NCBI GenBank assembly: GCA_020639315.1
Contig: JACKGM010000002.1
Span: 30,321 to 94,320, forward strand
Reading direction: 5' to 3'
DNA: 64,000 nt
Origin: Candidatus Nomurabacteria bacterium
GTDB taxonomy: Bacteria > Patescibacteriota > Saccharimonadia > JAGOAT01
Of the stretch, positions 26,036 to 36,550 are shown piece after piece. The notes under the pieces are model-generated. The model made no database searches. It was not told the DNA's origin and saw nothing but the letters and a program-made list of their open reading frames with translations. Every line of letters starts with the position of its first letter. Position 1 is the first letter of the stretch. The translations under genes were made by a program, and so were the position numbers.

Positions 26036-27610
26036 ATGTCGATAGGAGTATTTATCCAGGCCCTACTTATTATGGTGATACCAGCTTATTTGCTGGTGTT
26101 ACTTATAATGTATCGCAAGCAGCAAAAGCTGGAAGACAAGGTAGATTCACTTGATCAGCGAATGCGCTTGGTTTTAGCAAAGGACATCAAAAAAATGATC
26201 GGCAGTGAGCCAATCAATCGTGAAGCAAAGATTTTACTCAACCTAGCAAGATTTTTAGAAAAAACTGCTACTCAGGATCAAGTTTTGCAATCCCAGATTG
26301 GCCAGTTAGCTACTCAAAATCAAAAGACCGAGAAGACAGATGCTAAACCTGTCAGATCAAGTGAGTTGTCTTTTCGATCCAAACCAAGTAAAGCCGAAAG
26401 CTTCGAGCCTAAACCATTCGAGTCTACTCAGCCCAATTCAAAACCCGTCAATCAAACCAAAGATGACAATGGTATTAGTCTTGGGCAGTTGCTATTGACC
26501 GGCCTTGAGTACTTGGCTGGAATTATTTTGCTTTCCCTGCCTTTAGTCTGGTGGAAGAGCCAGATCGGGCATGGTAATTATCCTGCTCAGTTGATATTTT
26601 TGGGGATAGTACTAATCCTGACTATCTTGATTGCGATCTGGCGTGGACATGGATTTTATAATTTTGTAGCTTATATCTTGTTATTTTTGATTATTATTAG
26701 CTGGTTTGCAATCAATAGCTATTCATTGTGGTGGATTTTTATAGCTACAATAGTGTTTGTCGGACTCGGTCGGGCTTTACCCAAGCGCTATCAGCCAGAG
26801 TATTATTTGCTAGCTGTATTTGGCTTGCTTGGTTTGGCGATCTTTGCTCTGATGCTCCCAGGGACTGTGGCAAGGCTAAAAGAACAGGTTAGTGATATCT
26901 CACTAAGTAGGTTGGCTAGCTTTAGCCCCAAGCAACTACTAGCCTGGGTATTACTCGGCATTGGGTACTCGGCAAGCTTCCTCAGATCAAGAAACCCAGC
27001 TAAGTTTGATCTCAAACAAAGGCTGATCACGGCAGTCTATAGTATTGCCTACATAGGAGCTTTGGTAGTTGGCTTTTATAGTCAGACTAGCTCATGGCTA
27101 CTAATCTTATTAATATTAATGACGATTGTCGGTCTGATTTGGATTATCAAGATAGAGAGGCTTAGTGAAATGATTGTGATTGTCTTGCTATTAAGCTATA
27201 TTGTTGGCTTGCAAGCATTTGATTTACTAGATATCAGTAATGTATATATTGGGTATAGTGTGTTGTTTGTTAGTCTAGTTGGATACAGTATCAGCTATCT
27301 TTTAAGAGGCAATACAGGGAGATACCTTAGAAACTTTAGCTTGATTGGTATAATCTTAGCATTGTTTACCCAGGTGTTGACTGATCCTAGTACTACTACT
27401 TTAATCAACATTGCTACCACAGGTGTAATCTTGATAATTTTTGATCAGATCATTCGGATTTATCAAAAGAAACATGCCTTGGAGCAAGTTACTAGCTATA
27501 TTGATAACAACCAGCTTGAACACGACCTTAGTATACCTTTGAACCCTAATCCGGTTAGGACTAAGCCCCAGCGTCAGAGCACGGCTGATATCAGCTTTGT
27601 CCCTCGGTGA
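26036..27610 (+). CDS. hypothetical polytopic membrane protein
   Basis: 524 aa: N-terminal TM, coiled/low-complexity region, ~10 TM helices. Confidence 0.5.
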   Translation: MSIGVFIQALLIMVIPAYLLVLLIMYRKQQKLEDKVDSLDQRMRLVLAKDIKKMIGSEPINREAKILLNLARFLEKTATQDQVLQSQIGQLATQNQKTEKTDAKPVRSSELSFRSKPSKAESFEPKPFESTQPNSKPVNQTKDDNGISLGQLLLTGLEYLAGIILLSLPLVWWKSQIGHGNYPAQLIFLGIVLILTILIAIWRGHGFYNFVAYILLFLIIISWFAINSYSLWWIFIATIVFVGLGRALPKRYQPEYYLLAVFGLLGLAIFALMLPGTVARLKEQVSDISLSRLASFSPKQLLAWVLLGIGYSASFLRSRNPAKFDLKQRLITAVYSIAYIGALVVGFYSQTSSWLLILLILMTIVGLIWIIKIERLSEMIVIVLLLSYIVGLQAFDLLDISNVYIGYSVLFVSLVGYSISYLLRGNTGRYLRNFSLIGIILALFTQVLTDPSTTTLINIATTGVILIIFDQIIRIYQKKHALEQVTSYIDNNQLEHDLSIPLNPNPVRTKPQRQSTADISFVPR

Positions 27611-27626
27611 GACTCTTGGCTTGGTC

Positions 27627-27669
27627 AGGGAGTCAAAAGTTTGGTTTGACCTTGAGATTGCTATATAAT
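27627..27669 (+). promoter_or_regulatory. mreB promoter region resembling a MITE-B2 terminal arm; TGCTATATAAT 10 nt before the ATG
   Basis: gggagtcaaaagtttggtttgaccttgagattgctatataat. Confidence 0.4.
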
Positions 27670-27679
27670 ACAAGGTTAG

Positions 27680-28732
27680 ATGCTAAATAAATTACTCAGT
27701 AAGTTTTCTCATGATATTGGGATAGATTTGGGAACCGCCAATACACTAGTCTATTTGCGAGGTAGGGGGCTAGTGATCGATGAGCCAAGTGTGGTCGCAA
27801 TCAATCAAAAGACCAAACAGATTCTTGAAATTGGACAGAAGGCCAAGCAAATGGTTGGCAAGACTCCGGCCAATATTGTCGCGACCCGTCCATTGGTCGA
27901 TGGTGTAGTCTCAGACTTTGAGATTACAGAGCAGATGATCAAGCACTTTATTGAACTCTTGCATAAACAAAACTTTGCTTTGCTCCCTAGGCCTAGGGTA
28001 GTAATCGGTATACCATCAGGTGTGACAGAGGTAGAAAAGCGGGCGGTTATTGACGCGGCTGCCAACGCTGGTGCTAGGCAAGCCTTTTTGATCGAAGAGC
28101 CAATGGCAGCGGCGATTGGGGTAGGACTAGAGATTCAAGAGGCTACGGGGCAGATCATAGTAGATATCGGTGGGGGGACTAGTGAAGTGGCAGTCATCAG
28201 TCTAGGGGGGATTGTCGCTAGTCAGTCACTGAGAATCGCTGGGGATGAGCTGACTAATGATATCGTCAATTATGCTAAGGAAGAGTTTGGTTTGCTAGTC
28301 GGGGAAAGAACAGCTGAAGAGATTAAGATTGAGATTGGCTCTGCTTGTAATATCGGTAAGCTTGAGGAAGCAAGTATCAGGGGTAGAGATATTATTACTG
28401 GATTGCCAAAAGAACTGATTATTACTCCAGACCAAGCTAGAGAGGCAATCTCTAAGAGTGTTAGAAGTATTGTCGAGAGTGTCAAGATTACCTTAGAGGA
28501 GACTCCTCCAGAACTAATTTCAGATATTATGCGGCAGGGGATTTGGTTGGCGGGAGGTGGAGCTTTGCTCAAAGGGTTAGATCAAGTGATCGCTAGAGAG
28601 ACTGGCATACCTGTCCATATCGGTGAAGATCCATTGAGGGCAGTGGTGCGCGGGACAGGACTAGTGCTTGATGATCTTGATAACTTAAGTCAGGTCTTGG
28701 TCGGTAACGATTTGGGGCAAGAATATAGCTAG
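27680..28732 (+). CDS. mreB: rod shape-determining protein MreB
   Basis: DLGTANT, actin-fold motifs; heads mreBCD-mrdA. Confidence 0.92.
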   Translation: MLNKLLSKFSHDIGIDLGTANTLVYLRGRGLVIDEPSVVAINQKTKQILEIGQKAKQMVGKTPANIVATRPLVDGVVSDFEITEQMIKHFIELLHKQNFALLPRPRVVIGIPSGVTEVEKRAVIDAAANAGARQAFLIEEPMAAAIGVGLEIQEATGQIIVDIGGGTSEVAVISLGGIVASQSLRIAGDELTNDIVNYAKEEFGLLVGERTAEEIKIEIGSACNIGKLEEASIRGRDIITGLPKELIITPDQAREAISKSVRSIVESVKITLEETPPELISDIMRQGIWLAGGGALLKGLDQVIARETGIPVHIGEDPLRAVVRGTGLVLDDLDNLSQVLVGNDLGQEYS

Positions 28733-29524
28733 ATGAAGCTTAGCTTAAGATACAGTTTGATTATTGTGGTATTGATAATGTCTGGTCTGATGTTGATTTG
28801 GAACCTGGGACTATTTTCACCAATTAGATATAGTATTGAAAAGTTTAACAATAGTTTGTCTGGTGCTGTCGGTAAGAGAGTATCAGATATCAGTCAAGAC
28901 TGGGAGATTATTGGCTCACTAGGTGAGATTAGCCAGGAGAATAAAGAGCTTGAAGAGCAGGTAGGTCAGCTCAGGCAACAGCTAATAGATATCGAGGAGG
29001 CAGCTAGAGAGAATCGTGATCTCCGTAGTCAACTAGACGTTCAGGCCAAAACTAGTTGGCAACTTCAGTCGGCCAATCTAGTCAGTGGGAGTGCCACCAA
29101 TCTGCGTAAAACCCTGACAATTGATATTGGATCTAGCCAGGGGATAGTAAAGGGTATGGCAGTAGTCTATCGTAGTAGTCTGATTGGTTTGGTTGAGGAG
29201 GTAGGACAAACTTCTGCCCAGGTAGTACTTTTGACTGATCCAGCATTTCGTTTGGCTGGTCTTACTCAAGATTCTCGAGAAATTGGCTTATTGCAAGGCC
29301 AGCCTGGTCAAGGAGTTCAATTACGTCAATTGGCACTAGATGGAGAAGTCAAGGCAGGAGAGAGGGTGATTACTAGAGGTAATCAACTAGTACCAAAAGG
29401 GATCAATGTCGGCACGATTAATTCGGTGATCGATGATGACGGTGGTTTATTCCAATCTGCATTGCTTGATTTGGATTTTGATGTTACAAATCTTGAGACA
29501 GTTTTTGTAATCACTGGGCAATAA
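28733..29524 (+). CDS. mreC: rod shape-determining protein MreC
   Basis: N-terminal TM, coiled coil, beta-barrel domains; position after mreB. Confidence 0.75.
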   Translation: MKLSLRYSLIIVVLIMSGLMLIWNLGLFSPIRYSIEKFNNSLSGAVGKRVSDISQDWEIIGSLGEISQENKELEEQVGQLRQQLIDIEEAARENRDLRSQLDVQAKTSWQLQSANLVSGSATNLRKTLTIDIGSSQGIVKGMAVVYRSSLIGLVEEVGQTSAQVVLLTDPAFRLAGLTQDSREIGLLQGQPGQGVQLRQLALDGEVKAGERVITRGNQLVPKGINVGTINSVIDDDGGLFQSALLDLDFDVTNLETVFVITGQ

Positions 29525-29527
29525 TAG

Positions 29528-30016
29528 ATGGGGATAATACTTTTCTTAGTAGGTTTATTAGCTAGCCTGACCCAGGTGAATTGGCCAAGTGATATGCTAT
29601 TTCAGCCTCAGTTGGTGATTATTTTTATCTTACTTTTGACGCTGAGGCTTAGACTTAGTAGTCTAGTTTGGTATTGTCTGGTATATGGCGTGGTATTAGA
29701 CATCAATAGTCCTTGGAACCTTGGTATTTCGACTCCATTTTTGATACTAATCTGTCTGATTGCTAGCTTTGGACTAAGGATTGTTAGTAATCCAAATCAA
29801 GGGCTTAGTTTACTTGGCTTGGTATTGTTGTCTAGCCTCGGCTATCAATTGTTGACTGTAGTTTATGCCAGTAATATCAGCTTGATTGGTGGGGTGAATT
29901 ATTGGCAAATTTTGCTCAATCTGGCTTTGGATCTGACTTTGACTGCTACAATTATATTCTTCCGTAGTCTATGGATTAGCAATCAAAATCATCGGCGGTG
30001 GTCATGGGAAAGATAA
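29528..30016 (+). CDS. mreD: rod shape-determining protein MreD (membrane)
   Basis: 162 aa, 5 TM; position between mreC and PBP2. Confidence 0.6.
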   Translation: MGIILFLVGLLASLTQVNWPSDMLFQPQLVIIFILLLTLRLRLSSLVWYCLVYGVVLDINSPWNLGISTPFLILICLIASFGLRIVSNPNQGLSLLGLVLLSSLGYQLLTVVYASNISLIGGVNYWQILLNLALDLTLTATIIFFRSLWISNQNHRRWSWER

Positions 30017-31959
30017 ATATTTTTGGTGATCACTATGATCAGGGACGAGATTACCAGTCGAGTAGCTTCCAGCAAAAGATTAGTGATAGTGAGCTTTGGT
30101 CAAGTCAACTACTAGCGGGGAGTTCTGAACAACGGATTGAGGAAGAAGTCGATAAGAAATTTTTTAAGCTACTATTTTTGCCAATTATTTTTGTAGCCTC
30201 GCTTTTCATCGGTCAATTGTTCAATCTACAGTTTATAGAAGCTAACAATCTAGATTTCTTGGCTCAAACCAATCGACTGAGGAGTCAATTGATCAGAGCA
30301 CCGAGAGGAATTATCTATGATCGCAATAGTCAACCACTGCTTAGGAATACTTCCGAATATCAGTTGGTATTAAACCCAACATTACTAGACTCAGATAGTG
30401 CAAAGCTAGAGCAAGACCTGCAAGCGATTAGCCAAATTATAGACTTGGATCATCAAGCCAAGCTTGATCAGATTCAGTCAAAGTTGCGCCAGAGAGAGAC
30501 AATCGTGATCGCTGACAAGATTGAGAAAGATCAGGCAATTTCACTCCAGGAGCTGGAGGCAGACTTGTCGGGATTTGGAGTTGAGATTAGACCCAGTAGA
30601 GAATACCTTTATCCAGAAGAGTTTGCTCATATCTTGGGGTATACTGGTCGGGTCACTGCAGAGGATCTTGAGAGGAGTGACCAATATCAAGTGACTGATA
30701 TTATAGGCAAGCTAGGGCTTGAACAGCAGTACAACCAAACTCTCTCAGGTGAGGATGGCAAGATTCAGTTTGAGGTCGATTCTACAGGTCAACCTATTCG
30801 GTTTCGCCCTAGTCAGGAGCCAGTAGATGGGGAAGACTTGGTAACAACCTTGGATTTGGGCTTACAGGAAGAGGCCTATAAAGTGATTGAGAAATATAGC
30901 AATCAAGCAGGGAGTGGCAGGGGTAGTATGATGGCTATCGACCCTAATAATGGTGAGATTTTGGCAGCCGTTAATTACCCTAGCTATGATAACAATCTGT
31001 TTGACAAGGGAATTGGTCAGGCGGATTATGATCAATTGGTGGGAGACCCAGATAAACCGTTATTTGATCGACTGATTGGAGGTAGCTACCCTGTGGGATC
31101 GATTATCAAGCCACTGATTTCACTAGCCGGGTTGGAATCAGGGGTGATTGATCAAACTACGACCTACAATGATACCGGATCACTAATCATAGAAAATATT
31201 TACGATCCTAGTATAGTCTATCAATTCAAAGGGTGGAATCCAGCTGGGCTTGGACCGGTCAATGTGATCAGAGCTTTGGCTCTTAGTAGTGATATTTTTT
31301 ATTATATAGTAGGTGGGGGCTATAAGGACTTGATTGGTCTGGGGGGAGAACGGTTGACAGATTGGTATCAAAAATTTGGTTTAGGCAAACTGACAGGGGT
31401 CAATATTCCAGGAGAGTCAGCTGGTAATCTGCCATCACCAGCTAAATGGGCAGAAGTAGGTAGAGATTGGCTACTGGGAGATAGCTACAACATTAGTATT
31501 GGACAGGGTGAACTTCTGGCTACTCCACTCCAAATGCTCTACGCTACTGCTTCAATCTTTGGGGGAGGTAAATTTTACCAGCCAAATTTTGTCAAATCGA
31601 TTGGGGATCAGGTAGTGGAGTCAAAAGTAGTGCAAGAAAATGTCTATAGCGAGGTTAATCGTCAGCTCGTGCTTGAAGGGATGAGGCAGGCTGCTTCGTC
31701 ATTGGGGACGGCTGGGTCAATCTTTGCAAGTCTACCATTTAGAGTAGCTGGCAAGACGGGTACGGCCGAGACTAGCACTGAGTCGGGGGATTCCAATCAG
31801 ATTAGATCTAAGGCTCATGCTTGGTTTACAGTGGGTGCACCTGATGTCAATACTCAGATCGTGATGATCGTTATGATTGAAAACGCTGGGGAGGGGTCAG
31901 CTTTTGCGGCTCCAGCTGCTCAGGAGATATTGAGCTGGTGGGCTGAGAATCGATACTAA
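29998..31959 (+). CDS. mrdA: penicillin-binding protein 2 (elongasome transpeptidase)
   Basis: SIIK (SxxK) and KTGTAE motifs. The start could be ATG 30004. Confidence 0.85.
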   Translation: MVMGKINIFGDHYDQGRDYQSSSFQQKISDSELWSSQLLAGSSEQRIEEEVDKKFFKLLFLPIIFVASLFIGQLFNLQFIEANNLDFLAQTNRLRSQLIRAPRGIIYDRNSQPLLRNTSEYQLVLNPTLLDSDSAKLEQDLQAISQIIDLDHQAKLDQIQSKLRQRETIVIADKIEKDQAISLQELEADLSGFGVEIRPSREYLYPEEFAHILGYTGRVTAEDLERSDQYQVTDIIGKLGLEQQYNQTLSGEDGKIQFEVDSTGQPIRFRPSQEPVDGEDLVTTLDLGLQEEAYKVIEKYSNQAGSGRGSMMAIDPNNGEILAAVNYPSYDNNLFDKGIGQADYDQLVGDPDKPLFDRLIGGSYPVGSIIKPLISLAGLESGVIDQTTTYNDTGSLIIENIYDPSIVYQFKGWNPAGLGPVNVIRALALSSDIFYYIVGGGYKDLIGLGGERLTDWYQKFGLGKLTGVNIPGESAGNLPSPAKWAEVGRDWLLGDSYNISIGQGELLATPLQMLYATASIFGGGKFYQPNFVKSIGDQVVESKVVQENVYSEVNRQLVLEGMRQAASSLGTAGSIFASLPFRVAGKTGTAETSTESGDSNQIRSKAHAWFTVGAPDVNTQIVMIVMIENAGEGSAFAAPAAQEILSWWAENRY

Positions 31960-32483
31960 TCTAGGAAGGTAGCTGGAGTTCTGTAGAAGTCTAGTATGAT
32001 TTCAAATGGGATTCCTAGCCTTTTACCCTCAATGATATATTCAAGGGGGATTCCTAGTCTGTGAGCTTCAATCGCTTGTTCGGCTGATAGACCTATTTCA
32101 TAGCCACTCAAGATTGCTGCCAGCTTTTGACCTAGTTCGGTTAGCTGACCGTCATTATCTAGAAGATCTTCACAGCCAACTTTCTTTAGTCCTTCTTGGT
32201 CCAGTCCAAGAAGCTTCTCTGGATCTTGATTATCGAAAGCAGTTGGATTTTCACCGAGGAACTCCGCAAGAGTATCAAGCAAGCCAGCACTTACTATTTC
32301 TTGACTCCCAGGCACCTGGGCTGTTTGAGTTGGTGAACAGTCTTCTTGACTGCCGCCAAAGGAACATCCGGGTAATGTAGCTGCCGTCAGTGCCATAGCT
32401 ACAACTCTACCCAATAGAACTCTACCCAATAGTTTATTACCAGCTTCTCTTTTCTTACTTTCTAGTAGTTTAATTGTATTCAT
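31956..32483 (-). CDS. hypothetical lipoprotein
   Basis: Lipobox LPGC after a signal peptide; 175 aa. Confidence 0.55.
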   Translation of the reverse strand: MNTIKLLESKKREAGNKLLGRVLLGRVVAMALTAATLPGCSFGGSQEDCSPTQTAQVPGSQEIVSAGLLDTLAEFLGENPTAFDNQDPEKLLGLDQEGLKKVGCEDLLDNDGQLTELGQKLAAILSGYEIGLSAEQAIEAHRLGIPLEYIIEGKRLGIPFEIILDFYRTPATFLD

Positions 32484-32529
32484 ATCAGCAGTATTCTAAA
32501 CCAATACTATATATTTGTCAAGCATAATT

Positions 32530-33053
32530 CATAATTCAAATACTGGATCTCCCATAATTTCCTACGGAAATTTGGAAGATGACACACAGAGGGCATTGTC
32601 ATCCTCCGAAACTCGTCCCTTGTCTTGTCATCCTCCGAAACCCGCCCCTCTCTTGTCATCCTCCGAATCCCCGTTTCTCTCTTGTCATCCTCCGAAGTTC
32701 GGAGAACTTACGGGGGATCCAGTATTCCCGCATTTGCATTGTCATCCTCCGAAACCAGAGGGTTTACGGGGGATCCAGTATCCTGGCATTTCCATCCGTC
32801 ATACTCAGAACTTGCTCTGGGTATCCAGAAAACTAACAATAAACATTAAAAGTAACTGTATTACCTAAACCCTAAACCATTATCTAGAGTTCTGGATCCC
32901 CAACCTTTCCTTCAAATGAAAGGCGGAAAAGTCGAGGATGACCCAACTCCTGTCATCCTCCGAAACCCCCTCCCTGTCCAGTCATCCTCCGAAACCCCGT
33001 TTCTCTCTTGTCATCCTCCGAAGTTCGGAGAACTTACGGGGGATCCAGTATCC
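32530..33053. repeat. REP-like module cluster
   Basis: Antisense module 32538..32584; half-modules; sense modules 32683..32726, 32740..32782 and 33009..33053; degenerate units between. Confidence 0.85.
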
Positions 33054-33092
33054 TGTATCTTCAAGATCCACTACGCTTACAGAAACATCAGA

Positions 33093-33183
33093 TGGTGCGG
33101 ATGAGAGGATTTGAACCTCCACGGAGTTTTGATCCTCCACTAGGACCTGAACCTAGCGTGTCTACCGATTTCACCACATCCGC
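33093..33183 (-). tRNA. tRNA-Leu (anticodon CAG), long variable arm, CCA encoded
   Basis: Hand fold: GCGGATG acceptor, anticodon arm CTAGG-TTCAGGT-CCTAG, T arm GGAGG-TTCAAAT-CCTCT. Confidence 0.9.
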
Positions 33184-33213
33184 AATGCCTTACTATTTTA
33201 ACACAAATCTAGA

Positions 33214-33380
33214 TATAGCCCCCATAAAACAAAACCTGTACTTTTGAGCGTACCTTACAGTCTATAGTTATCGCTATTACTCCTCACTGTGTCTACGGAT
33301 ATGATTTGTCACAATAACAACAACTCTAGATCCATAATCTATCATTCAAAACAAACAGGTTTTATTTTACGACGGCTATA
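33214..33380. mobile_element. MITE-B1 copy (167 bp including TATA at both ends)
   Basis: Homologous to 41715..41881. The right end supplies the last 6 codons and the stop of ORF 33362..34456. Confidence 0.8.
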
Positions 33381-34456
33381 GGATTAATTATCTTGCTATC
33401 CACTAGGCCGTCCTTATCCACTACTATCAGCCTTAGACTGTCAATCGGTTGATCCCCAGTCAGATTGAGGATGTTGCCTTCGAGCCAATCTAGGCTTTGA
33501 TTGACCTGCCAATAATACTGCTGGATTCCCTGATCATCTACCGAAGCTGAACCGTCATAGAGCTGGCCACTTTTTTGCTCCAAAACAGCTACTGGTGCAA
33601 GCTTTCTCTTGCCGAAATAGCTATAGATGATAGGCTTGGCGTTTTCTTTCGGCAATTCGGTAATATCTACTAGTCTTGCCTCTTCTGTTTGGTACCCTAG
33701 ACCACGATAAGTAGCTTGATTGCTAAAACCTTGCTTCTTCAGGTAACCATTTTCTCGGATAATCGTGTAATATTCTTGGTTTTCAGTCTGGAACATGCTA
33801 CCAATCTTGAGCTCCATATCATTACCTCGTGGCAGAATCAAATCAAGCTCGGTTGCCGAGAGGGGTAAATAAGTCGGATCTATGTAGCTACCCAAAATGA
33901 TTTGATCTGGGAAGCGTCTTAGCTGGCGGTTCTCGATCAAAAATGTATCTTCACCACTTCTGATGATGCTACCTTCAGGATGAAGAGCTGACAATTGATA
34001 ATCCTCACCAGTTTTTTCGGGCAATTGATCTAGCTCGACTTCTAGGATTTGGTCTGGCTGATAACCAAGTAGATTGAGGACCTCAGAGCTAATTGGGCGC
34101 TTGGTTACCTCTTGCTTACCCTCGATCAGGTAGTGTTGCCCCTTGGACAAGAGGATAGTACCTTGATTGTAAGATAGCTGATAGCCATCGGGTAGGGCGA
34201 GATCTGTGTCAGTAGCTAGCTTGAGGTTGATCGGAGTGACCCCATAGCTAGCTAGGACACTAGGGTAGGTAAGTAAGTGTTTTTTGTAGTCCTCACCTAT
34301 CAGGTAGATTGATTTGGTAGTAGGGTCGAAAATAAAGGTGTTGGGGAGGTGTTTTACCCTGAGGGTGGAGTGATAGTTTGAGTAGGTTCTAGTGAGACTT
34401 AGTGCTAGGTTGAAAGCTATTATGACCAGTAGTATCCGAAATAGAATTTTCTTCAT
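33362..34456 (-). CDS. hypothetical secreted/membrane-anchored protein
   Basis: 364 aa with an N-terminal signal anchor. Confidence 0.55.
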   Translation of the reverse strand: MKKILFRILLVIIAFNLALSLTRTYSNYHSTLRVKHLPNTFIFDPTTKSIYLIGEDYKKHLLTYPSVLASYGVTPINLKLATDTDLALPDGYQLSYNQGTILLSKGQHYLIEGKQEVTKRPISSEVLNLLGYQPDQILEVELDQLPEKTGEDYQLSALHPEGSIIRSGEDTFLIENRQLRRFPDQIILGSYIDPTYLPLSATELDLILPRGNDMELKIGSMFQTENQEYYTIIRENGYLKKQGFSNQATYRGLGYQTEEARLVDITELPKENAKPIIYSYFGKRKLAPVAVLEQKSGQLYDGSASVDDQGIQQYYWQVNQSLDWLEGNILNLTGDQPIDSLRLIVVDKDGLVDSKIINPIAVVK

Positions 34457-34523
34457 AAATCTATTTTATTATATAGGACTTTCACACTTCGTGGTAGATT
34501 TTTTAGCTCTTCAAGATGAGTAC

Positions 34524-34567
34524 CTAGAGTTGGGTCAAAAGTCTGGTTTTGTTTTTAACTTGCTATA
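34524..34567. mobile_element. MITE-B2 right-end fragment (44 bp)
   Basis: ctagagttgggtcaaaagtctggttttgtttttaacttgctata is identical to the right arm of 53118..53281. Confidence 0.7.
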
Positions 34568-34581
34568 AATAGAATGTTTAA

Positions 34582-34744
34582 TAACCCTGTTGCCATATAA
34601 ACTTGCGAGGTCAAAGCTGATGATTTTTATTCCAGACTAGCAAAACACGACAAAGCATAACAGGAGTTACGCTGCGAAGTGTTTTGCTAGTCTGGGGCAA
34701 AAATGGCAGTTTTGAAGCCGTGAGGTTATATGGCAACAGGGTTA
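34582..34744 (+). mobile_element. MITE-A copy 4 (163 bp)
   Basis: Same family and orientation as copy 1. Confidence 0.85.
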
Positions 34745-34816
34745 ATGTATAGTCGCGTAGTCGCGGACAGTTCGCGACAGTTCAGGAGATATTCGGTGTC
34801 TGAAAATATCTAGCTA

Positions 34817-35305
34817 TTACGGTCGGATTTTTTGTGATAGCACTTCACTGAATAGATAGGCTATGGCAGAAACTGCCAAAGGTGCTAAGGCAAGGACAAT
34901 ACCAATTATTATCAAGCCTGGAGCATCTGTTTCGCCTGCCCACCAATAGAAAAAGGGAAGATCAAGAGAGAATATAATCGTAATCGTTAGGGCTAGCTTA
35001 GATATAATCTGTAGAGACTTTGTGGCTTTATTAGTATAGATTTGATTTGAGCCGATCAGGTTTAATAGTTTCCAGCCGGTAACTAGACCATAGATAAATA
35101 GTGTTGTTGTGAGATAGAGAGAAATAACGACAATATAGACTGGGTAAAGTTCCTCGAAAGCGTCAGGACTTGGGTCGGTCATTATTGAGATACTTGAGGC
35201 TATACAGATAGCTAGCACCCCTAGCGCAGCCAGAATAAATACTCCTTTTAGGGTGGTGATCGATAGACTGGAGGTTAGGCTATATTGATCGGAGGCCTTT
35301 TTCAT
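34817..35305 (-). CDS. hypothetical membrane protein (4 TM)
   Basis: 162-aa hydrophobic ORF. Confidence 0.5.
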   Translation of the reverse strand: MKKASDQYSLTSSLSITTLKGVFILAALGVLAICIASSISIMTDPSPDAFEELYPVYIVVISLYLTTTLFIYGLVTGWKLLNLIGSNQIYTNKATKSLQIISKLALTITIIFSLDLPFFYWWAGETDAPGLIIIGIVLALAPLAVSAIAYLFSEVLSQKIRP

Positions 35306-35354
35306 AGATTAATTATAGCACGCTCAAAACTAGCCTGTTTCGAGCCTGAACTAT

Positions 35355-35517
35355 ACTCGACTTACGCAAAACTCCTGAACTCCCAGACTCACCCCCAGCG
35401 TTCAGAATTCCTTTTTTAAGCTGTCACCGATACTAAGGTATCGCTTCCATCAGAAAAAGAACTTCTGAATCACTGGAAAGTAACCCTGGAGAGACCGAGG
35501 TTTTGCTTAAGTCGAGT
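35355..35517 (-). mobile_element. MITE-C copy 2 (163 bp, intergenic)
   Basis: Reverse-complement homolog of the cysS insert; AT on both flanks. The central hairpin cgatac/gtatcg covaries with cgatgc/gcatcg. Confidence 0.8.
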
Positions 35518-35650
35518 ATATGGATGACACTGACAAATCACCTTAGCCGACAAAAAGCCTGTGATAAATCTTAGGGGTAACCAGTTTTATGGCTCAAATC
35601 CGTAGAGCTTGAGCGAGTATCTTAGCCGAGCCTAACCTGAGTAGTCAGGA

Positions 35651-36268
35651 CTAACACTTCACCACTGGTTGCCTCAAGATAGTCCGTAGCTTGTCAGGAC
35701 TAACCTTACGAAAATCGCTAAAGTAAATCTCGTGGTGCTTACCAACCATTTTCAGCCCCCTTTCGGGTATAAATCGATTATGTATTTGGTCTAGTATGTC
35801 TGCCTCGTTGTCAAACGAACCTACATGTAAAGTCTGAACAGATAGCCCTTCATCGAGTGTTTCAAGGCGTACATCATATAATTTGGCTGGTGACTCTTTC
35901 TTTGCTATCTCAGTTACAATATTTTCAAACATCTCTTGCGTAATCCAATTAGGTTGCATAATCATTAGCGTGAAGTTCCATTGTGACTTGTCTCGTGCGG
36001 TCGTAAACGTCGTCATATCATCGGCCCACCATAATCCCTCAAGTGGCATGACTACATAGTCCTTGCCTAGTTCTTTTTTGCTTACAAACTTGAGCTTGTA
36101 TGCAGTGGGGTATAGAGCCTGCACAGCATCAGTAAAATCCTTGCTAGTATTCGGGTCGCCGTGACCGTCTACCATTAAGTACTGTAGCTTTGGCACTGCA
36201 ATCAATTCGATCTTATGGTTTTTAGCTTTGTAACTATCAACTGCTTTTTTGTAATCAATCTTGTTCAT
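35651..36268 (-). CDS. GyrI-like small-molecule-binding domain protein
   Basis: PKLQYLMVDGHGDPNTS...; ATG at 36268. The track start at 36316 extends into MITE-D. Confidence 0.6.
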   Translation of the reverse strand: MNKIDYKKAVDSYKAKNHKIELIAVPKLQYLMVDGHGDPNTSKDFTDAVQALYPTAYKLKFVSKKELGKDYVVMPLEGLWWADDMTTFTTARDKSQWNFTLMIMQPNWITQEMFENIVTEIAKKESPAKLYDVRLETLDEGLSVQTLHVGSFDNEADILDQIHNRFIPERGLKMVGKHHEIYFSDFRKVSPDKLRTILRQPVVKC

Positions 36269-36285
36269 AGTCTTAGTATAGCAAG

Positions 36286-36451
36286 TAGACTTGTTTCCCA
36301 ATAATTTTTTGAGCATAAAATTGCCTAGTTTGAGACTAGAATAGTCTTTTCGTAAAGAGCCCTAACAGAGTTAAGATGATGAAGCGAAAAAATTATTATA
36401 GTTCAAAGTAGGCGGTTTGGGGCCAGAAACCGTACTTAAGGAACAAGTCTA
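36286..36451 (+). mobile_element. MITE-D copy 2 (166 bp)
   Basis: The ends tagacttgtttcc / ggaacaagtcta covary with copy 1. Confidence 0.75.
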
Positions 36452-36461
36452 AGGAGTATTG

Positions 36462-36550
36462 GTCATCCTCCGAAGTTCGGAGAACCTACGGGGGTCCAGA
36501 GCATTGCCATCCTCCGAAACCCGAAGGGTTTACGGGGAATCCAGTATTTT
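36462..36550 (+). repeat. two tandem REP-like sense modules
   Basis: Inner stems AAGTTC/GAAC(C)T and AAACCC/GGGTTT. Confidence 0.8.

Noticed and set aside
35651-36316. N-terminal extensions given by the ORF track. Preferred starts are: 36316 -> 36268, 39246 -> 39180, 44640 -> 44586, 51103 -> 51133, 61138 -> 61156, 15447 -> 15477, 8172 -> 8199 and 1047 -> 1125
   Set aside because: The extensions start at TTG or GTG, and they run into MITE or IS ends or the upstream gene. Downstream ATGs have an SD or a TGnTATAAT box at the expected distance and align with the family N-termini.
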